A stretch of DNA of 63,129 nt, filler included, from Reclinomonas americana ATCC 50394 (taxonomy: Eukaryota): NCBI GenBank assembly GCA_048213135.1. It is 13 parts of 13 records of this genome, joined end to end, with 100 filler letters (N's around TTAATTAATTAA, not from the genome) between each part and the next. Parts side by side here need not be neighbours in the genome. Positions count along the whole stretch, not along the records: positions 1 to 11,088 come from AFZH01018415.1; positions 11,189 to 13,006 come from AFZH01018416.1; 11 more parts are not named here. One strand, written 5' to 3'. The translations under genes and the position numbers were made by a program. The notes under the pieces were generated by a model. It had not been told where the DNA came from, ran no database searches, and saw only the letters and a program-made list of their open reading frames with translations. Shown here piece by piece: positions 1 through 12,400 of this stretch; position 1 is the stretch's first letter, and each line of letters starts with the position of its first letter.

Positions 1-779
1 ACCTGGAGCGTGGAGCGTGTCAACCGCGTGGCCGCCAGCGAGTTCCCATTCCTCACCGTGCAGGTCGAAGAGCAGGGCGACTCGTCACAGTACAAGCGCG
101 GCTTTGTGATGTGCATCGAGGAGGCGGTGGAGGCGGTGGGTGGAGGAGGTGCCACGCTTCGCGACGTCGTGGAGCGCATGGAGCGCGTCTTTGGCGAGCA
201 GTGTGATGCGCGTGTCATTGTAAGGTGCGCTGCTGAGAAAAAGAAGAAGAAGAAGAGAAGCACCGCCTTCCCCTCTTGTGTGCACTCATGATGCGGTGCA
301 GTGGTCACAGCGGCTACCGTTATGTCGACGTGATTCCGCGCGCGGCGGGCAAGCGCGCCGCGATCGAATACCTGATATCCTCCGGCATGTTGCCCGCGGA
401 AGTCGTCGGCGCTGGCCGCTTCTGCGCCTGCGGGGACTCGACCAACGATCTAGACATGCTGTCGGCCGACACGGAGGGCAAGTTGCGCTCTTCTTTCTCT
501 TTTTCGCCATCGCACTTTCCCTCTTCTCTTCTCACGTGCGCACGCGTAGGTGGCGATCGGTGATTGTTGTCAGTCGCTCCAACCACGACTTGTTGGAGTG
601 GTGCGAGAAGCACCCGCCTGCCAAGCCAGGCTGGCGGTACTTTGCCGACCATTACGGCAGCGGTGAGTGCCACCGCCATGTGGGGTCAGCGAACACCTTC
701 CGCATCTTCTCACATTGTGTGGGCGTGTGCTGCAGGAGTGGTGGACGCTCTGCGCTGGTTCGGTTTTGCATCCTACTGA
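1..779 (+). CDS. Sucrose-phosphatase-like HAD-IIB (Cof/S6PP family) phosphatase, 5' truncated, spliced
   Basis: Exons encode YVDVIPRAAGKRAAIEYL and ACGDSTNDLDML (HAD motifs III/IV typical of S6PP/Cof enzymes), ending GVVDALRWFGFASY* at 779. Confidence 0.75.
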
Positions 780-851
780 CCAACACCGCGAATATACAAC
801 CAAAAAAAGAGATTGTGCCTCACGTTCCGCATGTCTACGTGTCATTCAATT

Positions 852-3800
852 TTAGTGCCTCTCTGCCGAACCCGCCACCGTCGCCGCCTTGCTGTTCAAC
901 CAATCCTCCACGTCAAACACGATGCGCTTGATGATGCCATTGCCCATGGATTGCATGTCGGCGAAAATGTCAAACACATTCAGCACGCACTCGCGTCGTC
1001 GCAGCTTCTCCACCTACAACACAACACAACAGGTGAGTGACGACACTTGGCAAACAAAATGGAGACAACAACAACGCACGTTGGCAGATGCCAGTGGCAA
1101 GCACATGGCCGCCGCACTCGCAGTCATCTGGCGTGGCAAGAACGCCTTGGGCCGGAAGACGACTCCGACACGCGAGCGCACGTCACCGTCGTAAAGGAAG
1201 AGGGCCACCTCACCAAACCGCCACTGCGAGACGAATGTGAGGGAAAAGCAGACATGACTGCAAGCAGGCCTCTTGTCGCGTACCGTAAGCTCGCGCACGA
1301 GTGCCTGCGTCGGATGGAGACCAACAAAGAGCTCGCGATCCGCCGCGAACGATGACAGCATGCCGCTCTCGCTGTGGTGCAGCAAGAGCAGCGCGTCGAG
1401 GTCGGCCAGCTCGGGCTTGAACAAGTCGCGCAGCGTTTCACTCGCCTGCGACGCATTCATGGCCATGGTCGAGCGAATCGTATCGACGGCAAGCCGTGCA
1501 CGGTGGAGGAAGCGACCAAACACCTGAGAGACAACCAAAAAAAGAAAAGTGTGAGAGATGGCACAAGAATGACAGCATTCAACTGCCGAGCATAAAACTG
1601 TCAACCAAACACAAAGTTTCTCAGTCTCTCTTCAAGCATCACTTTCACATTGACTCCGCCTGTCTTCCACACTTCATTCCTCTCATATCTCTTCCATTCA
1701 TTATCCGCAACCGTTCTCCTCCGCCTCTCTCTTTCTCCCTTCCTCTCAGCTGCTCACTCTCCACTGCCTTCTCCACTTCCCCTTCGCCTTCTCATTTCCT
1801 CCCCCTCTCTCTTCCCCTTTTTCTGACTCTCCTCTCCCTCCCTGTCTCCTCCTCTCCTCCCCACCCCTTCCCCAGCACATTCCCCCTCTCCTCTCACCTC
1901 CTTTGACGGCGCCAGACCCATCATCAACGCCGGCATTGGATGCTTCGGCCCAAACGTGACATACATCGTCGGACTGGTGCGCTTCTGCACCGTGGCATCA
2001 AAGTTCGACTGCAACTGCGCCAGCTGCACGGCCGTCAAGTCGCCCTCCAGATCGAGCACCAGCGGAGTGGAGTCCCACGGGAACGTGGCCACCAGCGCCA
2101 GCACACGGCCGAGCGCCGCCTGTCCGGTGGCTGGTGCCGTGGTGTACGGCCCAAAGCCGCTGGCATGTCGCGACGCCTCATCGTCGCCCAGGCCCACATA
2201 CACGGCCACCGTCAGCAGCTCCACCAACTCATCGCGAATGTGATCGGTGAGCATCTGTGAGTGCACCCATCGCTTCACCAGGCTGCATAAACAGGACCGA
2301 GTCAGACGACACGAAGATGATGAATCTGCAGGTCTGTCTCTTTCTCTCATGAGCTTACCGAACAGCCTTCGAAAACGATGGGTACTTGGTGGCCACCGAG
2401 TGCACCAACGACGAGAATAGTGGTCCGTCGCGCAGCAGCGCGGTCAGGTAGCGACCGCGATGCGGGTCACTCTGTGTCGCCAACCGCAATTCCTTGTCCA
2501 CATGGAAGAAGGCGCGGAACACGAATCCATTGTGATAAATGTCGATGAAATCGTTGGTGATCTGCGACTGAATGCCGTTCTCGCGCAAACTGCACGCTTG
2601 CACAGTCAGCAATTCAGCGTTCTTCACCCCGTTCCTTGACTGGAGAATTTGCACACGCAACAGTTCCACGATGCGCACAGCGAAACCCTGGCGACACTTG
2701 ACCACGGCCTCAAGTTGGCCCGGCCACCTCGCGCTGCTCTCAAACTCCAACACAATCTCCACAGGGTCCGCGGTGCACTTGCTGGTGAACAGAGCAGCGT
2801 TGGCCGAGCTGCTGCCACCCGGGAACGCGCCTGCGCGCTGGTTCGGAATCGGCGGGCACACACTCGAGTACCGCAGATCTGCCATAATGATGATTAGCGC
2901 GCAATTCGATTCCTCTTACAGCTAGCGCATTAGTGACGAAACGTGGAGAGGCCGCTGACACGGACTGGATGGCAAGCGGCAGCGCAGACGTGTTTCGCAG
3001 CATGCTCGACAACGAATCAAAGGCCTCACGCAACGGCGCAAAAATGGACGACACATCTGGTACACACACAGTGGGCGTGGTCAGCACGATGCGCCACACC
3101 ATTATATACGCAGTGCGCCGATTCCTCACCAACGCTCGGGTCCAATCGCGAGCTGTGCACAGCCTTGTCGAGTGCCGCGTCAGTCTCCGCGAGCCCCGTC
3201 ACGTCCACCTCCACCGACGGTCCGCCGTGGTGCAACTGCAGAATGTACTTGGCAATGGCGCCGACAACCAGATGCCTTCGTGGCAGCGGGAAATCCCACA
3301 CTGCGTGTGGGCAATGGCTTTCAGACACATAAATGCACGCCATGGACTTGCGAGATCGCGTACCGACAGCGTGCAGAATGGTACCGTCACGGAAACGACG
3401 CATCTCGCACTTGGCGCCCCAGAACGCGCGGAACGCCTCTGCCTCCTCTCCCATCTCACCCGACGGGCCCTTGTCCACGTTGCGCGACACATGCTCGGCG
3501 TTCAGCACCGCACCAAATAGCCACTCGTTGGGTCCGTCACGCAACACCCTGTGGGAGGAGAGGTAAGAGAACTGCGACACACACCAAGGCACTACGCGAG
3601 TCTTGTTGCTCACCGCACGACGCGAGCTCGGTCTGTGAGTCCCCTCGCCAGAGTGGCCTGCATGGCCTGCGCCGCTGCTCTCCGCCACTCGCTATTGCAG
3701 AGGGCTGGCTCGTCAAAGTTGGCGTCTCCATCGTCTGGGTTCGGCACGTGGCGCACCCGGAACACCACGTCGTATGAGAGCATCGGGTGCAGTCGAGTGG

Positions 3801-5900
3801 TGAAGACGCTGGCAAATGCCTCCACACCCGGGCACTTGTCGAGCCAGCGCAAACACGCTGTAGCATCGGTGCGTGCCTGCGTGTGCCGCTCACCGCATGA
3901 GAAACCGGGAAAACAGCCTGATCATCCCATCTCCCACACAACACACGCACCATGTGCATCGCCGCTGCCGATATCCTCGAGAACAAGTTCAGTGTGTGTG
4001 TGGGATCAACCAGCACGCACGCAAAATGCTTGCAGAACGATTGCAAGACCTGCATCACGTGCAGAAGAGCGGGTTAGCGTGCCATCCACACGGTACACAC
4101 TCAAACACATACAACAAACCTCCGCCGACGGCGTCTCTCCGAGTTCATTAATCATGCCAACGCCGGCCGCAAAGTCGGTGACCGCTGCAACAAACCTTCC
4201 CATGAGTCACTGGATGGTGCACTCCCACATCCACCACACATCAACTCACCCACAAATTGCATCAGCACGCGCAGCGCCTGGTATGCGTTCATGCCGGGCA
4301 GCACGCGATGCTGAGTGATCAGGTGCACCAGCAACATGTCGACAAGGAAACCGTTGAGACCGTCGTTGGAGTAGGTGCTCAGTTGCGAGTGCGCGACTTG
4401 AACGGCAGCACTGTGACGCTGGTACAACCACACACGCCCGAGACGAGCAGCATCCTGCGCGGCCGGACAGCGCGCCATCACCGCCGCACACAGACGCAGG
4501 TGCGTTTCGTACAGCGCATCCTCTCGCACGCTCGAGTTGTAATCGGGAGTAGCTGGCTGTTGGGGGTCTACGAGCGTGAAGCGGTCAGGCGCAGACACAC
4601 CAAAATATCCCCACTCGGCACACACACACACACCATTCGTGTCGAGTCCGGTCAATCGCACGCAGTTGCGGTCGGGCATCAGCTTGCGCACCGGGAACAG
4701 ATCAGCATCATAGGTCAACAGCACGCGCACGCGATAGTGCATCGTGGGCAACGCCTCCAGCGGCGAAGGCGACTGCTCCGTGGCGGTGGCGGCGGCGGCC
4801 GCCGGTGAGAATCGCGGAAACAGAACCAGTACGGGCTTGCGTCGGTCGCCACGAAAGCCCTCCACGCACACCAGTGGGTGGAAGGCCGCCGACAATTCAC
4901 TGCCAGCATCGCGCAGCACGTGTCGCACGTGGTTCACCAGAATGGCCAAGTACGCCAGTCGCTTGTCAAAGTACTTGTGTTGCACGTAGTCGCGATCGAG
5001 AATGCACCCCTGCGTGGCAACGTCAGTCCACAAACCACCGAGCTACGTAGCATGCACGCACTCCCCTCACGCACCGACGGCATCTGACACGCCATGTCCA
5101 CATTCAGCACGGGCTTGGCCAGGCACTGCCGCAGGTACGATCCCACCAGCGCAAATCGAGCAGGCGCCGCAAAGTGCAGCGCTGCCGGTGTCACTTGCGA
5201 CGGATTGCGCACCACATACTCGTCCCCGTTGCCGGCCACATCGCCATGCACATCGACCACCGCCTCCAGTGGCGGCAGCTCGCCGACCAAATCCAACACA
5301 GATCGATCGCCACTCCACTCCACCTCCGACAGGCACTGCTGCAGCGCGCGAAGTTGCGGGTCCAGACGCTTCTTGCACTGCGCATAGTCGACGCGGATCT
5401 CGCGTTGCAACTCGTCCAACTGTGCAGACGACATCCCCATCAGCAACACTTTTAGAGAGAGTGATTGACAAGAGACCGACCTGCAACTTGAGCAGATTGT
5501 TGGCGGAAATCGCCTCTGTTTCGCGCAACAAGAGAGACTCCTCGGCAGTCGGCGGCCGATACAACGACGGCCCTCGTCCATTGGTGCGCTGACGCTTCTG
5601 AGCAGGTCGTCCATCGTCGTCTTCATCACTATATGCTGCTCCTCCTTCCTCATCACTGCCGCCATTCTCCTCGTCATCATCATGCGAGGCCATGGGCTCC
5701 TCGTCGTCGTCTGCAGCGGCGGAAGAGGGCGGGGCCATGTGCTGTTGATGTGAATCAGCAGATGCGCCACCACTCACGCCCGCCATGAACTGCAGAAAGC
5801 CGTCGTCTCCGCCACCGCCAAACGCAGCGGCGGTGTCATCGTCATCGTCAGCAGCAGCAGCTGCTGCAGCCTTCTTGGGCAGTCGACTGCGTTTTCCCAT
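852..5900 (-). CDS. NOL6: Nucleolar protein 6 / Utp22 (Nrap family, SSU processome), multi-exon
   Basis: Conserved Nrap motifs DRDYVQHKYFDKRLAYL, ATPDYNSSV, FWGAKCEMRRFRDGTILHAV, LVKRWVHSQML, FLYDGDVRSRVGVVFRP; basic/acidic N-terminus MGKRSRLPKK; TAA at 852-854. Confidence 0.93.
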
Positions 5901-5957
5901 TTTGCGTGTTGGCGATGAGGAGGACACATGTGTTGAACGTCGGTCGACGTTCTTTTA

Positions 5958-7642
5958 CTAGACGCGACCGCAACACTTGCTACGTCTCCCTTGCCGTTGC
6001 TGAGCAGCCAGTGCCTCCAGCTGCAATATTAACAAAGAAACACGAGAGTGAGCTCATTTCATCCGGCACAACGTTGAGCATTGAAGTGTACGCTATTGTA
6101 CCTCCACCGCGGCCATGCTCGGCAGCCGGTCCCACGTGTCGACGGCGTAGTGATCGGCGGCGTCGAGTTCCACGATTTGCTTCACAAACAGGCCCATCAA
6201 CTGGCGCGGCTCGTTCACGCCCGGTCGGGTGGCCGACAACTCGTAACTGCGAATATCACCCAGGTGAGAGAGCGACTCACAGCGTGTGTGCGTTACCAGT
6301 GCCCTCACCATGCATTGACCCTCGCGGTGGCTGGCCGCCGGAACATGTCGGCCTTGTTCTCCTCGGCGGTCACCTCACGCAACGCCTGCGCAATGTCGGC
6401 GTCGCTGAGTTCGTACTGCGACGGCTCCACGTCGGCCTTGTTGGAGGCGATGCAGAACGGCAGACTGTAGCCGTTGCGCTCGCGCGAGGCCACGTTGGCG
6501 TTGAGGTGCCACTGCGGAACGGAGCGCACGCTTCGCCGATCGGTCACCGAGCACAGCAGCATCACTCCATGCACGTCCTTCCACAGCGAGCGGATCAGCG
6601 AAAACGACTCGTCGGTGCCCGCCGAGTCCAACACACGCAGCCGATAGAACTTGTTGTTGAGCTCCACCAAGTAGTCGTACACCTCCACTGTGGCATCACA
6701 TGGCAAACCAGGCATGTTACTATGTGTTACTCTCCTCCTTCTCCGTCATGCAACGCAACGAGAAACAGTGGCCTTGGGCTTCTCGTACCGCTCGGCCAGG
6801 CGATAGCAAAACTGCGTCTTTCCAACAGCCGCCGAGCCGGCGACCACCACTCGCAGCGTCTTCTCCGCGCGCTTGTCCAGCGCCACCTGCAGACCCGAGT
6901 GGAAAATGACGCCCGTGTCGTCCGTGGGAATGGGCGTCAGCAGGCGGCCCACCGAGTTGCTCGAGTACTGTCGCGTCAGCGACGGGAGCTTGGGCGGTGC
7001 TGCCGCTGCAGGTGCAGGCGCAGGTGCTGTCGTCGAGGCTCCAGCCCCCGACAGTGACGACGAGTCACTCGACGCTTGTCGCTGCAGTCGTGCTGCTGTC
7101 GCCGGTGCCGCCAGCACAGTCAGCGTCAGGTCGTCCACCTTTAGTGCCGAGGTCGGAATGCGGAAGTCGCCTGCGGGAGAAAGTGAGGGACTCTGGAACG
7201 AGAGTAGTTAAAGTGTCACACCTTTGGGCTTGGCATCGGCTGCGGGCTCGCGTGGCACCAGCGTGACCTGTGTGGAGATGGGGTAGGTGCCTAGGATGGC
7301 ACCGACGGTCTTGGAGGCCTCGCGCCGCTCCGCCATGTACACCAAATCGCAGTCGGAGAGATTAGGCAAACCTGCTCGTCCTTGTCACTCATCCGCTGCA
7401 CACACACTTTCCTTCCCTCTGACAACGAATGCGCAACGTTCTCTCGCCGCCTCCACCACATCGGCCACGGTGTTGTCTGGCAGGAACGACTGTGAAAACG
7501 ACCCGTGTGGCGACACAATGCGCAGACTGACAGGTCCTCCTCTGTTGCCACCACCACCACCACCACCACCAAGTGGGTTCTGAGAGGCAAAAGAGCCGTT
7601 CAGCGAGCCACTGCCGGAGCCACTGCTCGAACCTCGTCGCAT
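5958..7642 (-). CDS. Ras-superfamily small GTPase with N-terminal ubiquitin-like domain and C-terminal KCCGRV lipidation signal
   Basis: G1 GSAAVGKT, G2 ATVSLEV (after splicing), G3 DSAGTD, G4 NKAD, G5 YELSA; N-terminal VSLRIVSPHG...DNTVADVVEAA...DLVYMAERREASKTV...QVTLVPR resembles a beta-grasp fold; last exon LEALAAQQRQGRRSKCCGRV*. Confidence 0.8.
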
Positions 7643-7848
7643 TACCTACGCCTGTCCTGACGCACTTGATATCTCCGCCCGTCTCTGACGTCGCATGCCA
7701 CCGGTTCACCCGATAGTTAGTCTGTGCGTGTGGCAGACTCAAGATGCGCAGTATGGTGTGCAAGAAGGAGCGCCACTCAGTCGCCGTCTACATCGTTTCC
7801 GACGACGTTTTCTTGTCCCGGGCCAAGCGACTTGTGTCAGTCTTCGCG

Positions 7849-9340
7849 ATGAGTGCCGAGCCAGCCACATCGTGGGCGATTGTGCTGCATGGTGGTGCCG
7901 GAACCATCAGTGAGTACCACCTTACTGTATTGTCATTGTCGTCGTTGCGGTGCCTGCATGCATCCTTTCCATGACGCATTGTGCAGGTCGCGACTCATTC
8001 GAGCGTGTGGCCGACGAGTATCGTGCGGCTCTTCGCGCTGCTGTCGAGGCAGGCGAGGCGATCTTGCGTGAGGGAGGCGCGGCGGTCGATGCCGTGGAGG
8101 TCTTAATGGACTCGGTCCTTTTTGTGTGTCGCGTCATTTGACTCGCTCACCTCCGCATCGTGCAGGCCGCGGTGCGATCGATGGAGGACTGCCCACTGTT
8201 CAACGCCGGACGCGGCTCCGTGTTCAACGAGCGAGAGGAGCACGAGATGGATGCATGCATCGCCGACGGTTGGGAGCGATCGCTGCGATGCACAGCCATC
8301 GCCTTCCACTGACCCCCTTCTGCGTGCTCTGCAGGCGGCAAGGAGGCGATGGGTTCGGTGACCCTCGTCAAGACGCTGCGGCATCCGATTGCGGCCGCGC
8401 GTCACCTCATGGATCGGTACGGAGTGCTCACGCTGGGCGGCGAGGTCGGCGGGCTTGTTTTTGTGGTGGTGGTGTGGCGTGTGGTGCGTGACTCACATGC
8501 GTACGCAGAATGCGGAGCGTGTGGCCATCGAGGCCGGCTGTGAGCAGGTCGATCCGACGTATTTCGATGTGGATCGCCGACGGGAGCAGCTGCAAGCTGC
8601 CAAAGCAGCTGGCATGGCCATGCTGGATCACGGTGGCAAGCGAGAGGCACTGACGCGGGAGCCGCACGGATTGGCAGGTGCTGTGCACCGCGCCGCCACG
8701 GCCGTGACCATTGACGGTGTGTTGCATGCACATGTGCGTCCTCTGTCGTGCGCGCAACTCATGATCGTTTGCGCCACAGGCAAGTTTGGCACGGTCGGTG
8801 CGGTGGCTGTCGACATTCGCGGCAACGTGTGTGCCGGCACCAGCACGGGCGGCCTCACGAACAAGCTGGTGCGGTGTCGTTTTACTGCAGCAGGCATACG
8901 TGATGTGAGCAGCCACTGACCCCTTTGCACCACAGGTCGGACGCATTGGCGACTCACCCACGCAAGGCCACTCGACAATCGCACGCAACGGATGGTGCGG
9001 TGTGTCGACAACAGGCGTTGGCGAGGTGATGATGTACCACTGTGTGGCCTACGATCTGTATTCGCGCATGCGGTACGGCCACATGTCGCTGCGACAGGCT
9101 GCCGACTCTCTTTTTGACGAGGAGCTGCCCGCCGAAGTCGGGGGCATGGTAGGCATCGATTGCAGATCGGGCGAGGTGCGTAGTGTACGTGCGACGACCG
9201 AAGTGGATTTCGTGGCCACTGGCACTCGCTCACTCACTCCACACGTCACCGCGCAGATTGTGATGAAATACACCAGCGACGGCATGTTCCGTGGGTGGGC
9301 CACGGCCTCGGAGAAGGGCGTGGCAATTTGGGAGACGTGA
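7849..9340 (+). CDS. ASRGL1: Isoaspartyl peptidase / L-asparaginase (Ntn-hydrolase, Asparaginase_2 family)
   Basis: WAIVLHGGAG, EDCPLFNAGRGSV, EMDACI, autocleavage GTVGAVAVD..GNVCAGTSTGG, GRIGDSP, STTGVGE, GMFRG. Confidence 0.93.
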
Positions 9341-9459
9341 CGATGTCGACAACAATAACAGGCTGTCGAAACACATGTATATTCTAGATACAATTATTTC
9401 TAGATGCAAAACAACAATTAAACATCTCCACCACCCAACGACTGTACACGTGATGACGA

Positions 9460-12400
9460 TCAGACGTCACCGAGGTCATCACCGTTTGTTGTGGCATCAC
9501 CGTCGCCAAGCAGCTCGCGCAGTCGGTGCTCCGGCAATCGCAGGCCTTCGTCGGCAAACTGGCGACGCCGGTCGGCGTGCTCGCGGCTCTTCCTGGCCTT
9601 GACCAGCGCCTTGCGGCGCTGCTTTTGAATCTTGCGCTCGGCCAGCAACTGAGGGTCCAGTTGTGCTTGCTCTGCACGGCGCTTGCGACGGGTTTCCGCC
9701 ACTCGGTCGCGTGCATCTTCGTACGCCGTCATGAACGCCCCATGGCCGACAGTCTGCCGGATCAAATCCGACACCTCGCGTGCCAGCGCAGTCACCGTCT
9801 CTGCGAGTTGGAGTAAGTACACACGATATCGGCGTCACCAAATCATCACCATCGCCACGCACCAGGCAGCTGGTCGTTCGAGAGAAGCTTGTGCACCGGC
9901 ACCAAGATGACGGGTAGCAGCGGTAGAACGCGCTCGCCGCCAATCTGCACCGTCACGGCGGCCAGCAAGCGCAACACCGTGGTTCGCTGGCAAATCATTC
10001 GAAAATCCGCCGTGAGTTACACAACAAACGCCCAATGATCGAGGCATACACACTCACCACCAAATCGCTATTGCTGACCAGCGCGTAGAAGCCGACCTTG
10101 CGCAGCACCGCACGTACCAGCTTGTTGTGTGACGCTTGAGTCGCCGTCAGGCCAGAAAAGTCGTCTGAGGCGTGCGGCGGCACATCGGCAAACGCCAGAT
10201 TGAGCATGAATACCGCATTCTTCACGACCTGCACCGCCATCTCCTCGTCCAAGTGTGCGCTCTCCAACTGCGAGTGCAGTCGATGCAGTAGGCTGTGCGC
10301 ATTCTTCAGCAGGAATTCTCGCGCCTCGTGCGCATCGGTCGACGCCTTGTCCGCCACCACCAGGGCGCACAGCGATCCGAGGTGGCGCATCGCAGACGAG
10401 CGTACCCACACATGGCGGTGCTCCAACAGCTGCGCCAGAGATGGCCACAGCGGCTGTGGAAGTGGAATGCGAGCGAGTGAGCACAGGAAAGCGTACATGG
10501 AGGAGTCGCGCAGAGCACTCAAACGCAACTCTCATGACGTCGGAGAACGGGCGCACCGACGTGTGCCGCGTCACCTTTTCCAGACACTGCATGCAGTGGT
10601 ACGCCGATTCCCACTCGCGGCGCTGCACCAGCTCGACGACCACCGGGTCACTGGAATCCCTTTCGGAGATGAACGCCTGCAGCTCGTCCTCGTCGACTCG
10701 CAAATCTGTTCGACCGTGACCGGCGGCCAGCTGGTTGCGCCACTCCGCCTTCTTCTCCTGCATCTCGGCTTGCACCAGTTGAAGGCGCACGCGCACCTCT
10801 TGATGGATCTGCAAGTCGGCTTCGACAGCCGTCTCCAGCACCACCTGCATCTGCGGCACCAGCTCCAGCACCACGTCCAACATCTTTTCGCCGAGGGCCT
10901 CCACCGCCAGCGTGGCGCACTGTGCGTCAAGATTTGAGTAAAGGAAAAGGCGGAGGTGACTCGCGTCGTATGGACTCACCAGTGCCGACAGCGACCGGAA
11001 CTGCTGGACGCGCTCATCTGCCTCCACCTGATCGGCACCCTCCGACATCCACACAGTGATGAAGCGCAGCAGAAGGCGCATTTGAGGTNNNNNNNNNNNN
11101 NNNNNNNNNNNNNNNNNNNNNNNNNNNNNNNNTTAATTAATTAANNNNNNNNNNNNNNNNNNNNNNNNNNNNNNNNNNNNNNNNNNNNCGGAAGTCTGTA
11201 TCGACGCAACGACAACAGGCGAGTGTCGCGAGTGGTACAACCGAGTGTCCTTGTCGGCGTACAGCGCATCGTACTTGGAACGCTCCATCGCACCTTGACG
11301 AGGCGGCTCCGGGGGCAGCAGGAAGTTCGCGTCGCGTCGCTCCTGCAGCACACAGACACAAGAGTGAACACCACACACGCCAGGGGCACCACTGTTCAAC
11401 GAACACACAGGAGAAAACACACAAACCAGTGTAGTCCCAACATCGCCCACAGGCAGAGCGTACTTGGAGCGCAACTGACTGGCCTTGGTGTGCTCCTTCT
11501 TGGCCGTTCCTGCAGGCGGTGACCAGTTCGTAAACACAAACAGGCTGCTTCACACATGGATGAGTCTTTCTCTCTCTCTCTCTCTCTGACCTTCTCGGCC
11601 GACAGCATGCTCTTGCAGTCCCTGCACACCGCGGCGAATGCTTTCATACGAGAACGTGAGCAGGTCGCGCAGTTTCACCGACGGGTTCACGCGGATGCCG
11701 GCAACGATGCGGAACAGAGCATCTTCCAGGAGGTGGAAGCGCTCCTCACCAATCGTCTCGATCATTTCGGTCTGTGAGGCCGCAAACGTCGGTAAGCACA
11801 AAGAAAACACACACGTGGCGCCACATTCACACACAAACACTCTCTCTCCCTCTCTTTCCCCCTCGCACCTGAATCGGGGAAATCAAGAGTGTGACACTGG
11901 GATTGAACTGGCATACGCGAGCCAACAGCTGAATGCCCTCTGGCGCTCGAGTCGTGCGCGCCTCACGCAGTGCGGCAGCAATGGCGTCCACCTTGCGCTG
12001 CTCCGCTGCTGCTCCTAGAATATCGTCGAGTAGCGTCTGCGCAGTTGCACATGTTCCATTAGCACCTCTTCACCTTTTGCCTACTTGCTCCTTCTCCCTT
12101 CTCCGACAAACCTCCATCAGTTGCGGTAAACAGTGGTCAATGTCGCCAGGCTGAAGCGTAGGCTCCAGTGCCTCCAGCACGGCGTACAGTGCATGTCCAC
12201 GCACGTGAATCTGATAACCGTGTTCCAGAGTCTTGTTCAGCACCATTACAGTGTACTGCAGGAACTCGGCTCCAAGCTCCAAGCACACGCCGACCAAGGC
12301 CTTGCGGGCGGCCTCTCGAATCTACGCACCAAATAGTAAGTATGCAGTGACATCAGCATCACCACGCCTCATCATCTTCTTCTCGAGACGCACGTCATCC

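Noticed and set aside
478..483. Apparent GC-AG donor (GCAAGT) in the S6PP-like gene
   Set aside because: It leads to a premature stop; the GT donor at 482 keeps the frame
5912..5919. Yeast PAC motif GCGATGAG just upstream of NOL6
   Set aside because: The same 8-mer occurs at unrelated sites (~7846, ~15646, ~61333) and is absent from the RRP12/TEX10 spacer; no evidence of enrichment
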